Assembly (NCBI GenBank): GCA_047495785.1
Contig: JBLDXI010000073.1
Span: 62,001 to 126,000 of the forward strand
Source: Lepidodermella squamata
Lineage: Eukaryota; Animalia; Gastrotricha
Direction of reading: 5' to 3'
Length of the DNA: 64,000 nucleotides
The notes beneath the pieces were generated by a model. The model searched no databases and was not told the origin of the DNA. It saw only the letters and a list, made by a program, of their open reading frames with translations. The translations under genes were made by a program, and so were the position numbers. Below, in pieces: positions 37,725-48,133 of the stretch (positions within the stretch are counted from its first letter, which is position 1; each line of letters opens with the position of its first letter).

Positions 37725-40700
37725 ATGGCTGCAGGTGTCGGAAATACGTATTCATCAATGCAGGACTTCAAAGTCGAGAAGTTATTAGGAAGCGGTTATT
37801 TCGGCTCAACGATGCTTTGCAGGCGGACCTGGAACGACGTGGCGCCCTACGCTGTCAAGGCGGTCAACCTCACGCGAATTCTTGAAATTTACTCGACGGA
37901 GCCCAAATTCGCAGACAGGCTAGTGAAATTGAGCAAGGAAGAGGTAACGATTTTATCACGCTCTGCTTGCAGCCATTTGATACTATGTATTTTTGCTGTT
38001 GCAGCATGAGAAATTGGCCAAATTGTCACATCCAAATGTTGTTTCTGTATTTGGAGCTTTTATAGGTAGGCTGTGCTACCTGCTACCTTAATTCCTGATC
38101 GGCAAAAAATTGAAGAAAAGTTTGATCGTTTCTCTTCTAAAATGTTTGAAATTTGATGGAAATGTCAGTGGTTTTTAGTCGCTACTGGCTGTGGGAATTG
38201 AGCATATATCTCACCCCAGCCTCTCTCACCAGTCTTAAAAGAACAGAGAAACAACTTTAGGATTAACTTTTTCTACTTAAAAGGGAAAATCCTAATGAGG
38301 TACCAAATTTCATTTAATTCAATACCTAACCATTTTATTTGTTATGTAACTGGTTTGGGTTAGGTTGAGGTCATGGTTAGGTTAGGAATAGGGTAGGTTA
38401 GGGTCAAGTTAGAGTTGAGGGCTGGGTCTTAAACTTGGGAATTTCGAACATATTGCAATAATTTGGTACATAATAATGATGTTTGGTGATGAATTCACTA
38501 CATGCCTTATCTAAACGAAACAAAATGTAATTCCATTAACAAAACTTGACGCTTGAAGGGCTGAACTTTCCTTTTAACTTTCTTTTCTTGTAACAGAGGA
38601 AGATGCATCTGGATCTGTGGTTTATCATCTTGTTATGGAATACTGTTCGGGCGGAGATTTGGATGATTACATGATAAAGGCAAATGGCCGTCCCATTCCT
38701 CAAGTTTTGTTGTTAGAATGGTCGCTACAACTTGCGTCGGCTCTGGCTGCTCTGCATGAAAAGCGAGCGCTCCATCGAGACATCAAACCGAAAAATATTT
38801 TCTTGCAAAACGGTACTGTGAAACTCGGCGATTTTGGTTTAACGAAAATTGATGACAGGTAAGAATATCACTGAATATCAGTCTATTAGAAAGGATAAAT
38901 GTTTTAAAAAATGCCAGCGACACGTTCAGCTCTTCAAGCAGTATCCAAAGGACAGCGTACAACTTCAGGCTTGGTACCGAGCTGTACATGGCACCTGAAT
39001 TATTCGGCAATACTAAGCACTCGAACGAAAGCGATTGGTGGTCTTTAGGTGTAACTTTGTTCGAACTAGCCAACTTTTACAGGCCTGTTAGTCTTATTTC
39101 CCAGTATTGTGCTTTGTTCCACGATGTGGCTTCTTTTCAGTTCGAAAGTGCCCTGGATATCATGCAGTAAGTTCTATTCCTGAATTTCTTCGAAGAATCA
39201 CACTAATGAATTCGCAGATATGTTCGAAAGCCTTTTGATGATTCACGCGGTTATTCGTCCGAATTCCGAACCATTATTTTGGCATTTTTAATCAGAGATA
39301 GTTCGAGGCGCATCCCGCCGCTAGCTTTGCTCGACTCATTGAATGATCCGAATTCCCAGCATATCATGGGCTCAGCTAATGATAGCAGTTCGACAGAGTT
39401 GTTAGATCCAAATTCTCCAAGAATGGTACGCGAATTCCTTACTTGTGATACTTTCGATTTACTATGCCGCTTCAGCTTCTGTTTCGACTCATCAGGCAAC
39501 ACAAAAGTGACGAAATTGAATCGCTGTTATCAGACTCAACTCTAAAATTGGACGTCAATTACAAGAATGATGAAGGCCTTACGCCGTTGTTTCTGGCTGC
39601 ACAAGAGGCTCGCGCTGACATTGTAGACATTTTAGTGACGAAGTTCAAGGCTGATCCCCTATCTACGGACCTATTGGGAAGAACTCCGATGTACATCGCT
39701 GCTGATGGTGGTCGTACAAAGGCGATGAAAATTATTGGAGACTATTCAAAAGAAAGTGTCAACGTTGCGGCGGCCGATAGTAAGACACCAATATGGGCGG
39801 CAGTGGAAAACGGTCACGCTAAGGCCGTTGAAATATTGGCAAAAGAAATGGGTGCGAATGCGACAATAACGAACGAACAAGGCATGACATTGCTGCATGT
39901 TGCAGCCATGGAAGGTCACGTTGAAGTTGCGAGATTTCTGGCTGCGAATTTCATCAAGAATGTGAACACGAAAATGATCTCGGGCTACACACCCTTGCAT
40001 TTGGCAGTTATGAGAAGCCATTTTGACTTGGTGAAATTACTTGGACTTGAATTCTCAGCGGATGCAAAAGTTAAGTCGAATGATGGGAAGACGCCTTTGC
40101 ATGTGGCTGCTCAGAATGGGAACGCAGAAATAGTTCGAATGTTTGCCGGGAAAATGAAAGCTAATGTTAATGACCCTGATAGAGAAGGCAATACGCCTTT
40201 GTACCTTGCAGTCGAGAAAGGATACGTGGAAGTCGTACGTGATCTCGTTCAAGAATTCAGCGCAAAAGTTACAATTCCTCAAGACCGGTTTGTAAAATCG
40301 CCATTGCACGCAGCAGCTTGGAATGGACATGCAGAAATCTTGAAAATGATTATCGCAAAATTCAAAGGTGACATTAACATTCCGCATAAATTCGGCCGTA
40401 CGCTCTTGCAGGCTGCTGCTGAGGGTGGAAATGTGGAAATTGTTACAATTCTGGCCGGCGATTACAAAGCTGATGTCAATGCCACCGGCGAATATGACAA
40501 GACGCCCTTGCACGTTGCTGCTGCGAAGGGAAATGCGGAATGCATTAGAATTTTAGCCGGGAAATTCAAAGCTGATGTTGATGCCCGTGATAAAGATGGC
40601 AGGACGCCCTTGTTCATTGCTGCCTTAAACGGACAAGCGGAAGTCGTAAAAATCCTCGCTGGGGTATTCAAAGCTGATGTTGATGCCCCTGATGAAAATT

Positions 40701-41158
40701 GCGTAACGCCCTTGTATGCTGCAGCCGCAAGTGGAGAAGTGGAAGTCGTTAGAATCCTAGCCGGCGAATTCAAAGCTGATGTTAATGCCCGTGATGAAAG
40801 AGGCAGAACGCCCTTGTATGCTGCTGCCACAAATGGAGAAGCGGAAGTTGTTAGAATCCTAGCCGGCGAATTCAAAGCTGATGTTAATATCCCTGATATA
40901 GCTTATAGGACGCCCTTGTACATTGCTGCTCAGGAAGAAAATGCGGAAGTCGTTAGAATTCTAGCTATGGAATTCAAAGCTGGAGTTGTTGACCTTGATA
41001 AATATGGCAGAACGCCCCTGTATGTTGGTTCGTTTCCAGTGCATACGGTTATCGCTCGTATTCTTGGCGAACCGTTCATAGCAGTCAGGGAATTTGCATT
41101 GGAAGAGATTGACATGACTGCAGGGAAGTGGCATTGGTTTAAATGGGGTTACGGTTAG
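37725..41158 (+). CDS. NEK-like Ser/Thr protein kinase fused to ~14-15 ankyrin repeats (7 exons)
   Basis: Exons approx. 37725-37943, 38006-38065, 38597-38858, 38919-39086, 39141-39166, 39218-39425 and 39475-41158 splice in frame. Motifs GSGYFG, AVK, MEYCSGGDL, HRDIKPKNIFL, DFG, YMAPE and SDWWSLG, then repeated G-x-TPL-x-AA ankyrin units. Confidence 0.9.
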
Positions 41159-42491
41159 ATGGAATTGACTTGGCTTGTCAATTGAATTTCTATGCCATCA
41201 GAACAAGCGAATCTGTAAAGGCGATTCTGTAGCAATGGCGGTTGCAGCTGGCAGCTCAGAACTCAGTCAAAAAGACCATGCTGCTCTCTAATGGCCGAGT
41301 AATTGTCACTTCGCATTTACTGCTCTTCAAGACAGTTTGGGATTTAGTTTCCATTCTCGTCATTGTGGTTTTGCGTTATGCGTTAGCGATACATAGCACA
41401 GCTTTTGCTTATTTATTTTCTTTCTGCTTGTGGTAAACATCAATCTTTTCCTACAAAAAAAGACAACAATTAAATACTATAAAATAATAATAATAATTTT
41501 TTAATTTTCCTCTTCGGGACTGAAGGTCGTATACCGTTTCCGGTTTTGAAGAGGACGAAGGCAGGCGAAGAACGATCCTCATCCACCCCATAGTCGATTA
41601 AATACTAATATAGTAAAGATTAATGTAACGAGCTACGAACTATTGGCACCCAGATAGCTCAATTCCAACAAATTCCAAAAAACAAAAAACATGAATTCCG
41701 GATGGATTAAATATCGTCTCACGGTTGATTTCTGTAAATTGCGCTGGACTCAGCATGGTCGAATTACCTAGAAACCGTTGAAAAACCAATAGGTCAGAAA
41801 AATCGACTTTTTGCCCCTCCAGGCGCCTTAGTACCCCCTTAGGGGTCATCTTAGGTCATCTTGGTAATCTCTCTGGATCTCTAACCCGGACACCTGGAAG
41901 CTTCTAATATTGATTTTCAAATTCTCCGTACTCGATTAAGTAATGAAATGATCTTTTAGTGAGAACATCTTTAAACATTGAGTCGTAAGAGATCTTAATT
42001 ATTCATCTTTAGTTGAGGTTAGCTTAAGTTAAGGCTAGCGTGTCATCTTGCCCTTCAACCCCATTTCGTCAAATGACTTTATGCGGCAATGATCTCTCCT
42101 AAAGATCATTTCATCTTAATTTGGACTAATAATAATTTGGACTGAATGCTGCCAACTATAGTTTTCCGAATTTCGTTGCGTGGAGCTCTCGAGCTGTGAG
42201 CACGGTTGCTTAAATGCTTGAAGAATGACCAAGAAATCATTGACTTGGCCTTAGTATGCTTCGCTGACCGTCGACGAGAGAATAGAAAGAAGTAACAGAC
42301 CAACAAAAATTCGCCAGCGACTCTGAATATTGGCGTTTATTTATTTTCACATAATATAAGATTTTGCATCATTACGCGCTATAGCTAAAATATCATCTGA
42401 CAGACAACACTTGGCTAAATATTAGGCTGAGCCCCTAAAAGATAAGGCGAGTCACAAAATATTGATTCTGAAGCTTGCGGAGAATCGTTCT

Positions 42492-45197
42492 TCATGGCAG
42501 ATTCTCGCACAACGCATTGGCGTATGCATCGCAGATTGTAAATTGAGTATTGGCCTTTGAATCCAACACAACGCCTGTGCAAAATAAAATTAACAAGTGT
42601 CGCGGTATTGCATCAAAAAGTGGTACAACTCACAGTGAAATCTCTCGTAAAATGGGCCGTTATTCCACACTAAATAACTAGGCGGAGATGTGACAATGTC
42701 ACCGTTTGACCAAATAAACTCGTTTGTGCTGCTTATGCTGGCTCCGACGAACGCATACCGATTCAAATCACCGATGTAGTTGCGCAGGAGAGTTATCGCT
42801 TCATCTAGAACAGCTCGTGCTCTTATGATCGGCAGTCTCAAGCCTTTTCCGGCGCAAAATGCTTCTTGAACATCAAAAACACCGTCATTTATGAACAAGG
42901 ATAGGGCACCCTAAACGCAACACAAAGAGTCAAAATTTTGTAAGATCAGTGGATATACGTCAGAAGATTTACAGTTGTTGAGTTTTGGCATATTGCAAAT
43001 TCTTCCATGTAATCGCAGGCTACAATTCGGAGGCCATCCTCAGCTACTTCGATACCTACGAAACACAAAGCGGTAAACAGGAAAAGAGTCTTAGAATTTA
43101 AAAACTTCACATTGTCCGTCGCTGTCCGGTTCATTCCATTTCCACAGGGGCGAGAGAAAATCGACGAGAACACCGTCTGACCATCGGAATACAGCTGTCA
43201 GGCCAACAAAAGCCCGCGTGGTGAGATTTATGGCAGCGATTCTGTCTTCCTCGCTCAGGATGGAGGCGATGCGGCTGCTGTTAGTTGTGCAGTTTGTCGC
43301 TGCGTTTCGATATTGACTAACGATAGTAGATAGGTAGTACCGGTCTATGGGAGAAATTAAAATAATAAAATCCATCAGTGGCTGAAGTACCGGGAGACAG
43401 AGGTAAAGCACCCAACACCTCGAGAGGTCTTGGCAAGAAAACCCCCAAAAACTACAAGGGAGGCCATCAAGTTAGATAAATTAAGGGATGAATAAATCCT
43501 CCACCTCGAGGATCTTACTTTGTCCACTGAATTCTATTCAGTGCTTCCAGTTCAAAATATAAGGGTTACTGGTACAGCTTAAACGCTCCTGAATTCAATG
43601 AGGAATGAGGGGTATCGTACCCCCCCAGTTCACAAGGCCAAAGTGGAAAATCCCCAAAAAAACCACAGAGAGGACCCTTTGCCCTTTGGTCATAAAATTT
43701 GGGCCCGAAAATACCCCCTAGTTCGAGGATCCTACTTCGCGCACTGCTATGTCCCATCAATAAGCATCCTTATTTCTCTAAAGTCCCATTACAGAATTGG
43801 CTAGGGGGCTATCAGAAGGGAAAACTTGCCTTTCTCGCACAGCGTGCCAACATGTGAAGCTGGACATTTGCATGTTCCCGCCGTTTTGTTGAACGTTCCT
43901 CCATTCAGACAAGGCGATTGTTCCTGTGTGAATAGGTGATGTTAAAGCACTTGAGGCTCGATGAATTAAAGCCTACCTCGTTGAGATCAGCAAGACAGTT
44001 TCCGTAGTTATCAGCAAATTTTGTTGCATTGTTGAACAGTTTGACCTGGAACCGTAATAAGGTTATTTTTGCAGGCAAAGAGCTTGAAGGAAGCTACCAT
44101 ATTTGTTCCCTTTGGGCAATGGTTGTAGCAAGTGACATTGCCAGAGCTATCGCACTGAACAGCTTGCTGCGAGACGAATAAAACTCAATCAATAACTAAG
44201 AGGTCAGTGCAATCCCTCACAAATGATTCACAATTCTCCTTGAAGCGGTAGGTGAGAAAAGAATAGGCGGCGGTTTCGTTCGAGGCGCATCTCGTCGATT
44301 CAAGTCGGCAGGCAACGAAATCACGCGTGTCCTTGTTGAAACAGCGAACCTGTGACTTGAAATTATCAGGCACTTGCACTGAAAACAGGGAATTCAACAT
44401 TGCTCCTCTTGCGATAAGAGAAAAACCAACTCATCCCATTGAGGCACAGTTGTAAGCTTTTGAAGCCAGGCAGAGACGACTGTACAAAATTCTATAATCA
44501 GAGAGAAATGGCAGCGAAACTCATACAGTATTGGTTGGGCATGTGACTATTGAAGGTACACAGGTTACAATTCCACTTCCAGTCGAGCATCGGGTGAATG
44601 CTTGGTTCTGTAAAAGCGATAACAATTCGAAAAGGTAAACTTCAGCGGAGATCACTTACCGCAAAGGTGTCAATAGCCTTTTGGCACAGCGCCAAGTTCT
44701 GCTTAATGTAGACCGAGCCATAGTTGAACCGTTTTATCTGGAACAAAATAGAAATTCACAAGATTAAGGTCTCATTAGCAAGTAACTTGCCTCAATTTCG
44801 TCAGCAGGAAGAGGGATATTTCCTGGCCGACAGATAGGAGTCAACGCCTTGTACTTGTAGGCCAGCCGTGCTGCCTGGGATCACACATTTTTCGATGGTG
44901 ACAAGATAAAGAATGAAAAGAAATACCCCTTGTATGCACAATTGATAAGTTGTAAACTTCGAAGTTCCGATCTAACAGGGTAGGAATGATTTGAAACTGT
45001 TGTATATCGCTGTAGGAAGAACGAAGTCTTACCCGGTGCTCCATTGTCTGACTACAACCGGCTGTTAGCTTTCGGCAGTCTGTGAAACTGTTGTCGAACT
45101 GCGAGAAGCATCGGATGAAATCATCGCCGGCTACGACATCCACCGAAAATAAGGCGGAAAGAAATAAAAGGCATTCAAAAGCTTTGAATGGCAGCAT
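42492..45197 (-). CDS. Cys-module / EGF / C-type lectin family, copy 7 (subfamily B, more divergent, apparently intact)
   Basis: ATG 45197 MLPFKAFECLLFLSALF; same exon order; EGF exon CLNGGTFNKTAGTCKCPASHVGTLCE; ends LCENLP* at 42492. Confidence 0.85.
43376..43746. mobile_element. Degenerate hAT-like element in an intron of copy 7
   Basis: Imperfect TIRs CAGTGGCTGAAGTA / TACTTCGCGCACTG; right end shared with 13476-13532. No TSD recognised. Confidence 0.5.
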
Positions 45198-45600
45198 ATT
45201 AACGATAAAATGTAAGGGTATTTGATTTAAAATGAAATTTGAGAATGAAAATATCTCACACGTTAACGTGAAAAAATGTAAACAGGCTCGTGCCCGAGAG
45301 ACGCGTGTGAAAATGTCTGCAAAAACAACGCCCAGTAATCAATTCGATAAGGCTGCTTAACGGATATAACAAGCCTCAGGGTCAACCAGTTCATCAATGT
45401 CCTTTTTGAAGTGACTATTAGCGTCGCTAAAAGCAAGTCATTAATAAAATCACTCGCTATTATATAGCGAATTATAGGATAATTCGCTATTATATCTATA
45501 ACGATGACCTCGTGAGCCTTTGGTTCTGAATTCTGGCTGCATGGCACCCTCGGTAAAAGGCTATTTACTACCGTCGTTTGGCATGAAAATTGATGTCATT

Positions 45601-46082
45601 CAGAGACTTTGATTTGATTTGATTTGATTGTGATTTGATTTGATTTAGGGCATTTTTTGATGATTTGATTTACTGATGATTTGATTTAGAAAATTTCAGG
45701 ATGATTTGATTTGATTTAAATTTAGCCCACTTGATTTACTGCTGATTTATAAAAATCAGAACTCTCGGAATTCTCCTGTTACTAAACATGAGAACTCACA
45801 TTTGCCTCGAAGACAACTGCTTTCCAAAGCCTGGGGCTATTTGTGCCCTTTCATACTCATTCTGCCAAAACCAAGCTTGAAATTTGAATGAATCCCCAGA
45901 AATTTACCATGATACTCATGTTTCCCTATGCGAAAGATTTGATTTGATTTGATTTAAACGGGCCGGATGATTTGATTTCATTGATTTACTATCGACTTTT
46001 TGGGGATTTGATTTGAAATGATTGATTTACAAAGACCTGTGATTTACTGAATAAATCAAATCAAATCAAATCAAAGTCACTG
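45601..46082. mobile_element. hAT-like MITE with (GATTT)n subterminal repeats
   Basis: CAGAGACTTTGATTTGATTT ... AAATCAAATCAAAGTCACTG; TSD ATGTCATT at 45593-45600 and 46083-46090. Same design as 31845-32269 but a different interior. Confidence 0.9.
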
Positions 46083-48133
46083 ATGTCATTACATTACTTT
46101 TGTTAGCTTTGAGACTCTAAGTATGATTTCTGAAAGAATTTGTGCGGATGATCTTCAACGGACCCCCTACATCTGTAAAACGTTTTAGCGAGTTAATTCC
46201 GAAAATGAGGTCACGGCGAGCTAGTATTTAAAGGTGAGTTAAGGCGGGTAAAAACGACCCAGATGAATTGAATTATCTGAAACCAATCGAAAGGCTTCGA
46301 CTTCAGATGACATTTCTACCTTCGAGCATTTCCTTTTGTGATAAAAGGGAAATAAACCGCGACCCGAGGCGATGCACAGGTATGGGCCAAGTAATGGCGC
46401 CCAAATTGCCCCATGGAAAATTCAATTATGGGGGCGAGTTGGTCTAATTACCAGAACCTGTTGACCGTCCTACGACCACTTGAAAAGGTCAGGAGAAGTG
46501 ACAGGAAAATAAAAAAATTATGTAATCAATTTCAGATTTAATTTAACCGAGGAAGACAGAAAGGACAAGCCGTGTGCCATCGCTGTTTCCGGAAAGGCCA
46601 CTGATCTTTTGTCAACAATGTGTTTTTCGGCGATCACAACCTGTCATTTTAATCCTTTTTCAACTTCATCCTACTGGATAATTCTCTCAAAGATCTTCGA
46701 TTTTATTCATAGTTGATAAGCAATTTCTCGATTTAAAATTGTTTAAGCATGGAAGTGGAACCTTTGGAAACCTTTGGAGGCATGGAAACCAAGAAACAGG
46801 CCACAACAATAATTTCGATCACAACTATCGCCCAATGGGCTCGTTCTGAATCAGACTGACTCGGTTGCGACAGTTTGAGACTTCAAATTTCAAACAATTC
46901 TCCAGCTATAAAATCAACAATGGAGCGAAGCAGCGAGCCACAATTAGTTATTTATCAGTGGGTAGTAGCTCGCCCCGGCTTCCTGGCAGGAGCTGTAGGT
47001 TGTCTTCCACTACGAGTGCGGCCGAGCATGTTTACGACAACTTACTTAAGACAATTTGGAAATTTACTGAATTCTCCATCATCTTGTTCCAAGTTTCAGT
47101 CAATTATTGCAATCAAGAACAATCGTATATTGTATTTCAAAACCAGCCCTCAGAAGAGTGACCAGTTGGGCTACGCTCCTGCCTCAGCCAGAAATGCGCT
47201 CGCCAGCCCGCATCGTCATTCAAATTGAGCGTAGTTTTCGAACCAGCCTTGATGCTGATTAACTGTCCAAATTCGCCGATCGTTTCTTACGCGGAACAGC
47301 CGATGGTAAAATGCATCTAGACGGAGCGCTCCGATTCTGAATTTTTCTATTCACTCGTTCCAATGACGAATTCTTGAAGAGCATTTGGCTCATGAGAGGT
47401 AAAAGCTTTTTTCCGGATCATCAATTAAATTCAGGCCAGGCTTACTTTATTCATTCCACGAAATACAAATCAACCAGAATTATTTTTAGAAAGTAATTCT
47501 CTAGATAGTAGGTGATGATATTTTCTTTTTTATTAGCCGATTTATGTTCACACAAAATGTTCACCAGGTCATGTTGTGTTCACACCACGGGGGAATTTTG
47601 TTCGCAAAAAATGCTTCAATTTACTTCACCTTCCCGTGGTGTGAAAAAGCCTAAAATTATAGACTATGCGTGACAAGTGGGAGAGCGTCTTACGATTTTG
47701 AGTTCAATTCCAATTTCCATGGTATTGGAGTATTTCATCTCATTAGTGAGATTATTAGTGAAGTTAGTGATAAATGAGAGGCCCAAAATTTCATCAAAAT
47801 CCAAATTTAAAAAGCCAAAAGTCACCGGTATGTTTTAAAGAAAATCTACTATAGAAGATATAGGTTAATAGTGAAATATGGCACAGCTGTGAGACAGCTT
47901 GTGTTTCTTCACTCTATAAGATCAACTAATTCTTTAGCCATCTTAACGGTTATGGCGGTATTTCTAAGATCTAAGGTAAAACCTCTTTGAAAAGACTTGT
48001 TTTTAAACATATACCAAAAGTTTACTTCTGAAAATATATAGAGATGCATTTTTCATTAAAAAATAAATAAATAAATATTTTTCAATTCATATATTTCACA
48101 TTCGTTTTTTGATAGTTTTTGTAGCGGTGATCG

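Noticed and set aside
38355-38422. Telomere-like GGTTA/TTAGG(G) tract in a kinase intron
   Set aside because: Short and degenerate; not enough to infer an interstitial telomere or the organism's telomere motif.
39746-41115. Minus-strand and alternate-frame ORFs over the ankyrin exon (and 29403-29906)
   Set aside because: Shadows of the repetitive ankyrin coding sequence.
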